Origin: Candidatus Nomurabacteria bacterium
GTDB lineage: Bacteria; Patescibacteriota; Minisyncoccia; Phycocordibacterales; UBA9973
DNA length: 64,000 nt
Assembly: GCA_020631955.1 (NCBI GenBank)
Contig: JACKGL010000003.1
Coordinates: forward strand, 8,059 to 72,058
Reading direction: 5' to 3'
Shown: piece by piece, positions 16,871 to 26,136 of the stretch
How the letters are laid out: every line of letters begins with the position of its first letter
How positions within the stretch are numbered: the first letter of the stretch is position 1
Notes under the pieces: model-generated
The model's database searches: none
What the model saw: the letters and a program-made list of their open reading frames with translations, nothing else
What the model was told of the DNA's origin: nothing
Position numbers and translations under genes: made by a program

Positions 16871-19444
16871 ATGTCTACAGAGGATGTTTTGAATGCTCTT
16901 CAGACAGATGAAAATATAGGTCTTTCTGACAAAGATATAAAAGAAAGAAGAGATATATATGGGCTCAATATTCCTTCAAGGAAAAATAACAACTCTCCTT
17001 TGAAAATACTACGCAACCAGTTTGCAAGCCCTTTGGTTATACTTCTGATTTTTGCTTGTGGATTTTCTTTCTTTTTGGGTAAATACATAGAAGGATATTT
17101 TGTGTTTTTTGCGATACTGTTAAATGTGGCCTTAGGTTTTTGGCAAGAATACAAAGCTGACAACTCTATAAAAAAACTCGAGAGACTTATTGTCGATAAT
17201 ATAAAAGTAATAAGGGACGGTAAGAAAGAGATAATAGATTCTAAGTATCTTGTAATGGGGGATGTTGTTTTCCTAAAAAGTGGAGATAAAGTCCCGGCTG
17301 ACATGAGACTCATACACCAAAAAGAAGTGATGTTGAACGAAAGTATTCTTACCGGAGAATCTCTGACTGTAAGTAAAAGTCCGCACAAGATATCCGAAGA
17401 AGTATCTGTTTCAGATAGAGTAAATATGTTATATGCTGGTACATCTTTAGAAAACGGTGAAGCGACAGGTGTCGTGGTGTCTATAGGTGCCAACACAGAG
17501 ATAGGTAAGATAGCCGACCTTGTGGGTAAAGAAGACCTAGCCGAGCAACCAGTGCTTTTAGCAATGAAAAGTTTTACTAGAAAGCTTATATTTTTCTTAG
17601 TGTTTTTGGGTATTGCTATATTTGTACTTGGCACTTTTAGAGGAGAAGACATATCTAGCATGATATTTTTAGCTATTGCTGTAGTTGTATCTGCTGTGCC
17701 TGAGAGTTTGCCTATAGCTATGAGTGTGGTTATGTCTAGAGCAGCCAATGACTTGGCCAAGTCTGGGAGTGTTGTGAGAAAAATATTAGTGACCCAAACC
17801 ATAGGAACAGTAGACACTATCCTTACGGATAAGACAGGCACACTAACCGAAGGCATACTCAGACTCGATAAAATAATACCTTTACATGATAAGAAAGAAG
17901 AAGATGTATTTTATTCTAGTATCACTTGTACCGAAGCCTTGGTGGACCTAATGGGTGGTAAACCAAAAGTACTTGAAGGCAACTCTTTAAACAGAGCACT
18001 ACTTAGCCATCTTTTTTCTAAGTCTGAAGGAAAAGATATATATAAAAATGTAAAAGTACATAAAAGGGTTTATTTTAATTCCAAAATAAAATATGGTGCG
18101 GTGGTTTGTGAGTATGAAAACGGAGATTTTTATTTAAATATATTAGGAGCACCAGACATCATTTTAGATATTTGTGATGAAAGTCAGGATTTGAAAAAAG
18201 AGATAGATACAAAAATACAAGCTGAAGCTGAGGCCGGCTCACGTGTTTTGGGAGTCTTACAAACAAAAATATCCAAAGAGCTCGCTTTATCAGAAACTAG
18301 TATTGAAAAAATATTGGCTGATTCTAAGATGTCTTATCAAGGACTTATTTCTTTCAGAGACAAACTAAGAGACGGAATATTATCGTCTGTAAAAAATCTT
18401 CATATAAACAATGTGGACACTATACTTTGTACTGGAGATCATCCTGGTACTGCGCTATCTATCGCCAAAGAGGCTGGCATAGTAGAGAAGAGCTATTTAA
18501 AAGTCTTAACAGGTAAGGATCTTTCTAGTATGGATAAAGATCGGTTTGAGATAGAGATATTGTCATGTAAGGTTTTTGCTAGAGTGACACCAGAAGACAA
18601 GTTAAGAATATTGGAAGTTTTGCAGAAAAACGGAAAAATAGTCGCTGTCACAGGAGATGGGGTAAATGATGCTCCGGCTTTGCGCAGGGCTCACGTAGGA
18701 GCTGCTATGGGTAGCGGTAGTGATGTGTCTAAAGACGCTTCTGATATTGTGGTAATCGATGATAACTATTCTACTATAGCTCAAGCTGTCGTTTTAGGTA
18801 GAGGAGTGTTTCAAAAAATAAGAAGTGTAATAGTGTATCTTTTAGCCGATGTCTTCGACGAGCTCGTGCTTATAGGAGGGGCACTTTTGGTGGGCATAGT
18901 CGTACCTCTTGGGGCTCTGCAAATACTTTTTGTAAAATTCTTTTCAGATATATTTCCAGCTATGTCTTTCACATATGAAAAGTCTCATCAAGACCACTTT
19001 ATATCGAGACCTGCTAGGGTGGATTCTATATTTGATAAAGATGTGAAAATATTCACTATAGTCAGAGGTATAGTGTCTAGTATGGTTTTGTTTTTGGTTT
19101 ATTATTTCTTGAGTAAGAGTAATTATGATCAAAACATAGTTCGGACTTTTATTTATCTTTCTTTTGCTACTTATATTTTGTTTATTGCTTTTTCTGTAAG
19201 GAATCTAGATAGACCAGTGTCTAAAATAAAACTACTAGGCAACAAACAACTTTTCTTCGGTGTTTTGTTTGGTTTTACTATGGTAATATTGTCTGTATAT
19301 ATACCGTTTTTGCAAAATATATTGGGTACTGTGTCACTACCTTTTATATGGATAATATGGACCGTAGTGATAGGTGTATTTAATCTTTTCCTTATAGAAT
19401 TCATAAAAAGTTTATTAAACAGGAAAAACACATATGCTAGCTAA
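16871..19444 (+). CDS. P-type cation-transporting ATPase (P2/Ca2+-ATPase-like)
   Basis: Cation_ATPase_N-like N-terminus, TGES, DKTGTLT phosphorylation site, TGDGVNDAPAL hinge. ATG 16871 preferred (GGTGGGG upstream) over 16832. Confidence 0.93.
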   Translation: MSTEDVLNALQTDENIGLSDKDIKERRDIYGLNIPSRKNNNSPLKILRNQFASPLVILLIFACGFSFFLGKYIEGYFVFFAILLNVALGFWQEYKADNSIKKLERLIVDNIKVIRDGKKEIIDSKYLVMGDVVFLKSGDKVPADMRLIHQKEVMLNESILTGESLTVSKSPHKISEEVSVSDRVNMLYAGTSLENGEATGVVVSIGANTEIGKIADLVGKEDLAEQPVLLAMKSFTRKLIFFLVFLGIAIFVLGTFRGEDISSMIFLAIAVVVSAVPESLPIAMSVVMSRAANDLAKSGSVVRKILVTQTIGTVDTILTDKTGTLTEGILRLDKIIPLHDKKEEDVFYSSITCTEALVDLMGGKPKVLEGNSLNRALLSHLFSKSEGKDIYKNVKVHKRVYFNSKIKYGAVVCEYENGDFYLNILGAPDIILDICDESQDLKKEIDTKIQAEAEAGSRVLGVLQTKISKELALSETSIEKILADSKMSYQGLISFRDKLRDGILSSVKNLHINNVDTILCTGDHPGTALSIAKEAGIVEKSYLKVLTGKDLSSMDKDRFEIEILSCKVFARVTPEDKLRILEVLQKNGKIVAVTGDGVNDAPALRRAHVGAAMGSGSDVSKDASDIVVIDDNYSTIAQAVVLGRGVFQKIRSVIVYLLADVFDELVLIGGALLVGIVVPLGALQILFVKFFSDIFPAMSFTYEKSHQDHFISRPARVDSIFDKDVKIFTIVRGIVSSMVLFLVYYFLSKSNYDQNIVRTFIYLSFATYILFIAFSVRNLDRPVSKIKLLGNKQLFFGVLFGFTMVILSVYIPFLQNILGTVSLPFIWIIWTVVIGVFNLFLIEFIKSLLNRKNTYAS

Positions 19445-20519
19445 CTTTAAAGCTTACTATAAAAAACACAGCAAGGTAGTGATGCCTATAGCTATCTTCG
19501 GAGGTTTTGCTTTGGATGTCATAACTTTAAATAAAATAGATCAGCTTTTTGATAATGCTGTATTTATATTTCATATAATAGCTTCTCTTATAGTATTTAC
19601 TATTTTGTACTCGGAAAACACCAGTTTGGGTAGGAGACTTAAAGTATCTAGCAACAAAGCTATATATGAGACTATATTACTTTTCTCTTTCGGTGCTTTA
19701 TTTAGTGGTTTTACCATAGTGTATTTTAGAAGTGGATCTATATTTTCTAGTTGGCCTTTTATTCTCACTATGTTTTTTCTCATGGTTAGTGTCGAAGTTC
19801 GAAAAGATTATTTTAGGAATAAAGTTTTTCAGTTTTCGATCATATACTTATCTTTATTTTCGTATCTGGTTATTTTTTATAGCTTGATATTTAAGAAAAT
19901 AGAAGATTGGGTGTTTGTACTTAGTGGCACTTCTAGTATTGTATTTGCTTTTATATATATTTTTTTACTTCGGTTTATAGATAAGCAAAAATCAAAGATA
20001 TTTACTTTTAGACTACAAAGAAGTGCCACTTTGATATTTTTAGTATTAAATATATTCTATTTTACAAACATCATTCCTCCTGTGCCGCTGTCTTTGAAGT
20101 TCAAAGCTGTGTATCATGACATACAAAAGTTGGCAGATGGTGGGTACGTAGGTACCTATGAAGTATCTAAAGGGCTGGGTATTTTTAGAAAAAGAAGTCA
20201 TACAGTACATAGGACTTTTGATGATAGTATATATATATTTACCGAAGTCTATGCTCCCACGAGGATAAGTACCGACATATATCATGTGTGGCAGAAATTT
20301 GAAAATGAAAAAATGGGTTGGGTGGATATTGATAAGATAAAACTTAGCATAGTCGGAGGACGTGATGAAGGGTATAGAGGATATTCTTCTAAGACAAACT
20401 TATCTGACGGCAGGTGGCGAGTCAAAGTAGAAAACAAAAGAGGTCAAATACTAGGATATATAAACTTTAAGGTAATAAACAATATAGAACCTGCGTATCT
20501 TTATGTGGAGGCCCTGTAA
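19434..20519 (+). CDS. Multi-pass membrane protein with C-terminal beta-rich domain (DUF2914-like, tentative)
   Basis: About 6 hydrophobic helices, then YVGTYEV...DGRWRVKVENKRGQILGYINFKV. Overlaps the ATPase stop by 11 nt. Confidence 0.7.
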   Translation: MLANFKAYYKKHSKVVMPIAIFGGFALDVITLNKIDQLFDNAVFIFHIIASLIVFTILYSENTSLGRRLKVSSNKAIYETILLFSFGALFSGFTIVYFRSGSIFSSWPFILTMFFLMVSVEVRKDYFRNKVFQFSIIYLSLFSYLVIFYSLIFKKIEDWVFVLSGTSSIVFAFIYIFLLRFIDKQKSKIFTFRLQRSATLIFLVLNIFYFTNIIPPVPLSLKFKAVYHDIQKLADGGYVGTYEVSKGLGIFRKRSHTVHRTFDDSIYIFTEVYAPTRISTDIYHVWQKFENEKMGWVDIDKIKLSIVGGRDEGYRGYSSKTNLSDGRWRVKVENKRGQILGYINFKVINNIEPAYLYVEAL

Positions 20520-20555
20520 TGTATTTTTTTCTGTATTTTTACGTATAATAGTATA

Positions 20556-21140
20556 GTGGATACAGAAAAATACCTGGAAAAGACGGACGAAGATCTAGCC
20601 TCCTTATGTGCTTCCGACGGGGCTATTTTTGAGGTGTTAATAAACAGGTATTCAGAAAAACTCTCTAGATATATCAGACGCCGGTCTAGCGCAAGCGAAG
20701 AAGACGTAAAAGATATACTTCAAAATGTGTTTATCAAAGCTTATATGAATATAAACTCCTTTGACGGAGATTTTAAATTTCAATCTTGGATATATCGAAT
20801 TTGTCATAATGAGATAATAGATTGGTATAGAAAAAATAAATCTAGGAAAGAAGATATGAGGATAGACTTTGAAAGTGGTGTAGTGGAAAAAATAGCAAGC
20901 GATATAGATGTGTTTGATATTATTTCTACCAACTATGATGCTGATAATATAAAAGAAGCTCTAAGTAAACTGAGTGATAAATACAAAGAGCTTATTGTGC
21001 TTAGGTATTTTGAAGACAAAGAATATGATGAAATATCCGATATTTTAAAAATACCCATAGGTACGGTTTCTGGTAGGTTGAACAGAGCCAAGGTAAAATT
21101 AAAAGAAATTTTTCTAGAAGAAAATGGAAAAAGAAAATAA
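20556..21140 (+). CDS. ECF-type RNA polymerase sigma factor (sigma-70 family)
   Basis: Region 2 FQSWIYRICHNEIIDWYR; region 4 LIVLRYFEDKEYDEISDILKIPIGTVSGRLNRAKVKLKE. GTG start. Confidence 0.88.
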   Translation: MDTEKYLEKTDEDLASLCASDGAIFEVLINRYSEKLSRYIRRRSSASEEDVKDILQNVFIKAYMNINSFDGDFKFQSWIYRICHNEIIDWYRKNKSRKEDMRIDFESGVVEKIASDIDVFDIISTNYDADNIKEALSKLSDKYKELIVLRYFEDKEYDEISDILKIPIGTVSGRLNRAKVKLKEIFLEENGKRK

Positions 21141-22014
21141 TACGAATAAAATAATGCAAAATATAATAGATAGAGACATAAAACCTCTACCTAAATGGAA
21201 ATTTGTGCTGCAAAATTATATTTTGTATATCATCTCTGTTTTTTCTGTACTTGTCGGAGCTATTGCTGTAGCTACTATGATATTCAGTATAGACAACTAT
21301 AAATGGCAGTACTACAGACTAGTAAACAACAACTTCTTCTCTTTCATCATAGGAGCGTTGCCGCTTATATGGATAATACTGCTCATTGTTTTTTCTGGGA
21401 TAGCTATAAACAGATTAAGAGCTACAAAAAAAGGCTATCGTCATAGTGTGGCTTTTTATACTCTAATAATAACTTTTGTTAGTATCTTGTTGGGAATAAT
21501 AACTTTCTATCTAGGTTTGGGTAATTATTTTGATAGTGTCATGGAAAAAGGTATATCTTCATACAAAGGAGCAGAAGAAAGGATGGGGCTAGTCTGGAAT
21601 GATCCTGACGATGGAAGACTTATGGGTATTATCATAAAGAAAAATGATGAAACTATCACAATAATGGATACAGATAGCCAGGTGTGGGAAGTCTATATAG
21701 ATACTCTTTTGGGTAAAAGTCTTAATGTTATAGAAAACAATGATTTGGTAAGGATCATAGGATTTATAGAAAAAGATGATGATATTTTTCCAGATGATTT
21801 CCATGCTTGTGTGGTTTTACCTGCTTTTGGTCCTGGTGACCGATTGCCAAAAGCTTTGAAAGATACAATAGAGGATTTGGAAGAAAAACCAAGACTTATA
21901 AATAGAGAGATAAATATTGCACCTAAAGAAATTTTGGAAAGTGTAAGAAATTCTGAAATAGATCGTATTAATGGATGTAGGGACCTACTGTTCTACAAAA
22001 ATTTTATAAGGTAA
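21124..22014 (+). CDS. Putative anti-sigma factor / membrane protein co-transcribed with the ECF sigma
   Basis: 17-nt overlap with the sigma gene. Four predicted TM helices and a C-terminal extracytoplasmic domain. Confidence 0.6.
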   Translation: MEKENNTNKIMQNIIDRDIKPLPKWKFVLQNYILYIISVFSVLVGAIAVATMIFSIDNYKWQYYRLVNNNFFSFIIGALPLIWIILLIVFSGIAINRLRATKKGYRHSVAFYTLIITFVSILLGIITFYLGLGNYFDSVMEKGISSYKGAEERMGLVWNDPDDGRLMGIIIKKNDETITIMDTDSQVWEVYIDTLLGKSLNVIENNDLVRIIGFIEKDDDIFPDDFHACVVLPAFGPGDRLPKALKDTIEDLEEKPRLINREINIAPKEILESVRNSEIDRINGCRDLLFYKNFIR

Positions 22015-22024
22015 GAGACAACAT

Positions 22025-22507
22025 ATGAAGAAAAACATATTGGTAGGAGGTGCTCTCGGAGCCCTCACAATATTTGGACTCTTTGCAGGTCAGGCATCTG
22101 CCTTCTATCCACAAGCTAAAAATCTAACAGATGAAGAAAAATCTCAACTCGAAGAGTTGCATACTCTGGTTGAGGAAGGAAATTTCGAAGAAGCTGATAA
22201 GCTTAGGGAAGAACTCGGTTTACCGACAAGAGAAGAAATGCAGGCTAGGCACGAAGAGATGCGTGCTAACCATGAAGCTATAAAAGAGGCCATAGAAAAC
22301 AATAACTACGAATCATTTAAAGATTTGACAAAAGACGCACCGTTCGCAGAAAATGTAAATGAAGAATTTTTTGCAAAAATGGTAGAAATGCATGAGCTAA
22401 GACAGTCAGGGGATTATGAGGCAGCAGATCTTATAAGGCAAGAGCTTGGTCTACCAGATAAGGGAATGGGACACCAAAGACATAGGTTTGGATCCCAAGA
22501 CAACTAA
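22025..22507 (+). CDS. Secreted helical protein with a duplicated E-A-D-x-(L/I)-R-x-ELGLP motif
   Basis: Signal peptide MKKNILVGGALGALTIFGLFAGQASA. Repeats GNFEEADKLREELGLPTREEM and GDYEAADLIRQELGLPDKGM. LTDEEKSQL is LTxxQ-like. Confidence 0.65.
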   Translation: MKKNILVGGALGALTIFGLFAGQASAFYPQAKNLTDEEKSQLEELHTLVEEGNFEEADKLREELGLPTREEMQARHEEMRANHEAIKEAIENNNYESFKDLTKDAPFAENVNEEFFAKMVEMHELRQSGDYEAADLIRQELGLPDKGMGHQRHRFGSQDN

Positions 22508-22543
22508 ATAATAAATACGATAATACATAAACACAACATAACA

Positions 22544-22568
22544 AAAACCCTCCTCTAGAGGGTTTTTG
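22544..22568. terminator. Bidirectional terminator
   Basis: AACCCTC/GAGGGTT stem flanked by A-run and T-run. Confidence 0.7.
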
Positions 22569-22570
22569 AC

Positions 22571-24049
22571 TTATTCATTTTTTACGAGAGGGAAGAAGAT
22601 TGTATCTCTTATATTTTTCTCTTCTAGAAGTATGGCGCAAAATCTATCTATACCCATACCAAAACCTGTCATAGGCGGCATACCATGTTCCATAGCTGTG
22701 AGGAATCTATTGTCTACTTCCATAGCTTCTTCGTCTCCTTTTGCTTTGGCTTCGCTTTGGTGCTCTAAAAGGTCTCTTTGTACTACTGGGTCTATGAGTT
22801 CTCCATACATGTTGGTTATCTCGCTTCCTGCTATCACAAGTTGTGCCACTATAGAAGTACCGTCACCAGTTGGTTTAGCTAGAGGCTTGAGTTCTTGTGG
22901 GTAATTGGTGACAAATGTTGGTTGGATTATCTTACCGCGAGAAGTTTTTTTGTATATAGCATCTAGTAGGTTTCCTCTTCCTGTACCTTCGACTTCTTTT
23001 TGATCTACACCTACTTCTATAGCTTTGGATCTGATCTCTTCTATGCTAGCTTTCTTTGCATCTATATTCGCGTCTCTTTCTAGGAGTTCATCAAAACGTA
23101 CCTGTTCGAAAGGTTTTGAAAAGTCTACTTCGTGTTCGTTGTCATCTTTGTCATATACTTTGAAGACAGATTTGTTGAAGTTATTTAGAGCTATGTTGCG
23201 GATCATTTCTTCTGTCCAAGATATGTTGTCATCTAGAGTTTTGTAAGCAGCATACCACTCGAGCATGGTGAACTCTTGTATGTGGGAGCTATCCATACCT
23301 TCGTTGCGGAAACATTTTCCTATTTCATACACACCATTGTAACCAGCTGTCATGAGTATCTTGTGATCTATCTCAAGCGCAATACGCAAAACCATTTTTT
23401 GGTCTAGAGCATTGTGATGTGTTTCAAAAACTTTTGCCATAGCCCCTCCTGTTTGGGACTGAAGTATCGGGGTCTCTACTTCTAGAAGGTGTTTGGAGTC
23501 CAAGTATTGTCTTATGTCTTTTATTATTTTTGATCGTATCTCATATCTTTGGAAAGCCTCGCTGTCACTTATTATCTCTAGGTATCTCTGGCGGTATTTT
23601 GTCTCTATGTCTTGTAGGCCGTGCCATTTTTCAGGTAGAGGTAGTAAACTCTTAGAAGCCATTTGCCAATCTTTTGCTAAAAGACTATTTTCTCCTCTTT
23701 GTGTGACGAAAAGATTTCCTGTGAAAGATATAAAGTCGCCTATATCTGCTGTGTCGTAAAGTAGGTCAAACTTTTCTTCTTTTATCTCATCTTTCTTTAC
23801 TACCACTTGAAACTCCTCATTATCATCTTTGATTACGAAGAATCTTATCGCTCCTTGTCCACGTATAGCCATGACTCTTCCAGACAAAGACACCTCGTCA
23901 CCGGATTTTTCTAGTTTCTCAAAGTCAGATTTTACTTCTTTTATAAGATGTGTGTGTGGTACAGAGCTAGGGTATGGGTCCATACCAGCCTTTTTAAGAA
24001 TATCTATTTTTTTCAGCCTTTCTTGGCGGATCTCGCTTAAACTTGCCAT
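22571..24049 (-). CDS. lysS: Lysine--tRNA ligase, class II
   Basis: 492 aa. OB-fold N-domain and class II motifs (FRNEGMDSSHIQEFTMLEWY, GFGMGIDR). Confidence 0.96.
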   Translation of the reverse strand: MASLSEIRQERLKKIDILKKAGMDPYPSSVPHTHLIKEVKSDFEKLEKSGDEVSLSGRVMAIRGQGAIRFFVIKDDNEEFQVVVKKDEIKEEKFDLLYDTADIGDFISFTGNLFVTQRGENSLLAKDWQMASKSLLPLPEKWHGLQDIETKYRQRYLEIISDSEAFQRYEIRSKIIKDIRQYLDSKHLLEVETPILQSQTGGAMAKVFETHHNALDQKMVLRIALEIDHKILMTAGYNGVYEIGKCFRNEGMDSSHIQEFTMLEWYAAYKTLDDNISWTEEMIRNIALNNFNKSVFKVYDKDDNEHEVDFSKPFEQVRFDELLERDANIDAKKASIEEIRSKAIEVGVDQKEVEGTGRGNLLDAIYKKTSRGKIIQPTFVTNYPQELKPLAKPTGDGTSIVAQLVIAGSEITNMYGELIDPVVQRDLLEHQSEAKAKGDEEAMEVDNRFLTAMEHGMPPMTGFGMGIDRFCAILLEEKNIRDTIFFPLVKNE

Positions 24050-24138
24050 AAGTATATAAAATTATAGCTTATTTGGGTGTATTTTGAAATAGGGAGCAAA
24101 GTCGTATTTATGGTATAAATAAACAAAAGGAGGGACTT

Positions 24139-24471
24139 ATGTTGCTTAAAAAATATATTTATACCAACTATCCTATGGATAGTTGGGACAATATCAGAGC
24201 TCTGTTCTATGTATTTTACCAAGCTATTCAAATGTTTGTGGATGGTGTCGCTCGTTATAATGGTGTCTATGAAGAATTTCATATAAAAGTACGTACAGAT
24301 TGGACTACTGAATCCATGGGGCATAGTGGCTGGGGAACGGTATTTTATGTAGAAATAGACGGAGTTTCTACAAAAGTAATAGTGAGAAAAATAAAACCAA
24401 AAAAAGTTTTAGAAGTCATAGAAGAGTTTAACAAACTCTATTCTCAATTCATCGACTTCAGTTCAAATTAA
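24139..24471 (+). CDS. Hypothetical protein (110 aa)
   Basis: ORF with GGAGG 6 nt upstream of the ATG; no motif recognised. Confidence 0.55.
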   Translation: MLLKKYIYTNYPMDSWDNIRALFYVFYQAIQMFVDGVARYNGVYEEFHIKVRTDWTTESMGHSGWGTVFYVEIDGVSTKVIVRKIKPKKVLEVIEEFNKLYSQFIDFSSN

Positions 24472-24557
24472 TATATCCATGATGACACAGTGTCGCCATG
24501 GATTTTTTTATTTGACAAAATTTATGAAAAATTCTACATTTTAAAAAACCTTCATTT

Positions 24558-25028
24558 ATGCAAGAAAGTATTATTTCCGAAATTATTGACGCAGGGTACG
24601 ATATACAAAATTTCTGGATTAAATCAGGAATTATTAAAGAGAGTAAGCATATGGTAGAAAATGGGATATTTTGGCAAGAATTTTGCAACATAATTTCTTG
24701 CTATGAAGAATTTCCCATAGTGGCAGTAAGATATCTGTCCATGATAAAGCTTATAGATCATAGCAGTATACTTGGTCGTAAAAGACATAAGACAGAACTC
24801 AATGGATTTTCTTCTTATGTAGCGGTGGACCATGTATATGCTGGACGTTATTATGATGGCTCGTATGAATTTCTTTCTTGTTACATAGAGACTGAAAAAA
24901 ATGCAACGATCAATGCCGTAGAAAAGCTTATTGATCTGGATGCTCCGGTCGTGACTTCTGAGGGAGACTTTTATGTAGCAGACATTGATCTCAGATACTT
25001 ATTGGGTGTGAAGTTGGTTAACTGGTAA
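24558..25028 (+). CDS. Hypothetical protein (156 aa)
   Basis: ORF followed by terminator hairpin ACCTGAC/GTCAGGT at about 25037-25060; no motif recognised. Confidence 0.55.
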   Translation: MQESIISEIIDAGYDIQNFWIKSGIIKESKHMVENGIFWQEFCNIISCYEEFPIVAVRYLSMIKLIDHSSILGRKRHKTELNGFSSYVAVDHVYAGRYYDGSYEFLSCYIETEKNATINAVEKLIDLDAPVVTSEGDFYVADIDLRYLLGVKLVNW

Positions 25029-25112
25029 ATATATACCTGACTTATGTCAGGTGTTTTTATTTGTATTTTATTAGAGTTGTAATATAAAAACGTAATTCAC
25101 AGGCTACAGATA

Positions 25113-25140
25113 TTGCTAGTGCTAATAGACTTGATATAAT
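25113..25140 (+). promoter_or_regulatory. Sigma-70 promoter TTGCTA-16-TATAAT
   Basis: TTGCTA 25113-25118, TATAAT 25135-25140. Drives a ~90-nt leader plus a 34-aa basic ORF. Confidence 0.55.
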
Positions 25141-25234
25141 TATTGTGCAAGTGACGACACCTAGTGGGATATCGATGGAGAGCCATGTAGGACCTTCACG
25201 GGTCGAATTATAAGTTCTTTATTATATATTTTGT

Positions 25235-25339
25235 ATGGCAAAAGCAAAGAAGTCAGCAAAAAAAGCTCCTGCTAAGAAGATGGCTAAGAAAGCCGCTCCA
25301 AAGAAGGCTGCTAAGAAGAAGACAGCAAAAAGAAAATAA
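25235..25339 (+). CDS. Very small Lys/Ala-rich basic protein, 34 aa (paralogue-like of 4656-4814)
   Basis: MAKAKKSAKKAPAKKMAKKAAPKKAAKKKTAKRK. Own promoter, and terminator AAACCACC...GGTGGTTT at about 25358-25388. Too short for the ORF track. Confidence 0.5.
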   Translation: MAKAKKSAKKAPAKKMAKKAAPKKAAKKKTAKRK

Positions 25340-25387
25340 TATTATAATATTAGAACAAAACCACCATCTATCAGGTGGTTTTGTTTT

Positions 25388-25870
25388 TTATATCTCAAGT
25401 AATTCTTCTAGTTCGTGTTCTAGTATTTGCGAAGTATAGTTTTCGTCTGAAGGTTTGTCCATGACAAATCTTCCTCTAAACATTTTGTCTTCCAAAAGAA
25501 GTGGCAACCAGTGTATATCATCTGGCCACATTTTTGAAAAAGGAATATCTTCTATAAGAAACCATTCTGGACGCATTTCGTCTGATTCGAAAGGTGTACA
25601 GGTGAAATCTTGTATTTTGTATATGTGCACTTCTAGTTCTTTTGGATCATCACGGAAACTAAAATCTATAACACCATACTTACTTATAGTACCTGTTTTT
25701 ATTCCAGATTCTTCTTCCAGCTCTCTATATACAGCTTGTTCTATAGTTTCTCCTTCTTCTACTTTACCTCCAAAACCGTTCCATCTACCACTACCCATAC
25801 CTCTTTTTTTCATACCCAAAAGCACTTTTCCATCTTTTATAGGTATACATAGTGTGAGTATTTTTTTCAT
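25388..25870 (-). CDS. Nudix hydrolase, MTH1/NUDT1-like (oxidised purine nucleoside triphosphatase)
   Basis: GRWNGFGGKVEEGETIEQAVYRELEEESGI contains an intact Nudix box and the MTH1-type GRWNGFGG preamble. Confidence 0.85.
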   Translation of the reverse strand: MKKILTLCIPIKDGKVLLGMKKRGMGSGRWNGFGGKVEEGETIEQAVYRELEEESGIKTGTISKYGVIDFSFRDDPKELEVHIYKIQDFTCTPFESDEMRPEWFLIEDIPFSKMWPDDIHWLPLLLEDKMFRGRFVMDKPSDENYTSQILEHELEELLEI

Positions 25871-25872
25871 AA

Positions 25873-26079
25873 TTAAAGTTTGCCGTTTAGGTATTTACCA
25901 GCGAGACTGATGGCAAAAGAGGGGAGTATGATAAATATACAAGTTTGAAGCAGTCTTACAAGTATCTCGCTCAGAGCTGTAGACTCTCCATCCAGGCCGC
26001 CTATAAGTACGAGAAATATACCTACTATACCGAAGGCGATAGATGCATATATGAATATTTTTGTCGCTATTTTTTGCAT
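25873..26079 (-). CDS. Small two-TM membrane protein
   Basis: 68 aa, two hydrophobic helices, 2-nt gap to the Nudix gene. Confidence 0.5.
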   Translation of the reverse strand: MQKIATKIFIYASIAFGIVGIFLVLIGGLDGESTALSEILVRLLQTCIFIILPSFAISLAGKYLNGKL

Positions 26080-26136
26080 GTTTATATTATACCAATAAAA
26101 TAAAAACCACGCCTATATGGCGAGATTTGGAAGTTT

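Noticed and set aside
16900-17856. 318-aa minus-strand ORF, and many similar 60-230 aa ORFs opposite long genes (for example 22566-22904, 51703-52251, 56186-56872, 32610-33074, 25455-25910).
   Set aside because: All lie antisense to, or out of frame within, strongly supported conserved genes. They have low-complexity, Ser/Leu-rich shadow-ORF composition and lack start-site signals.
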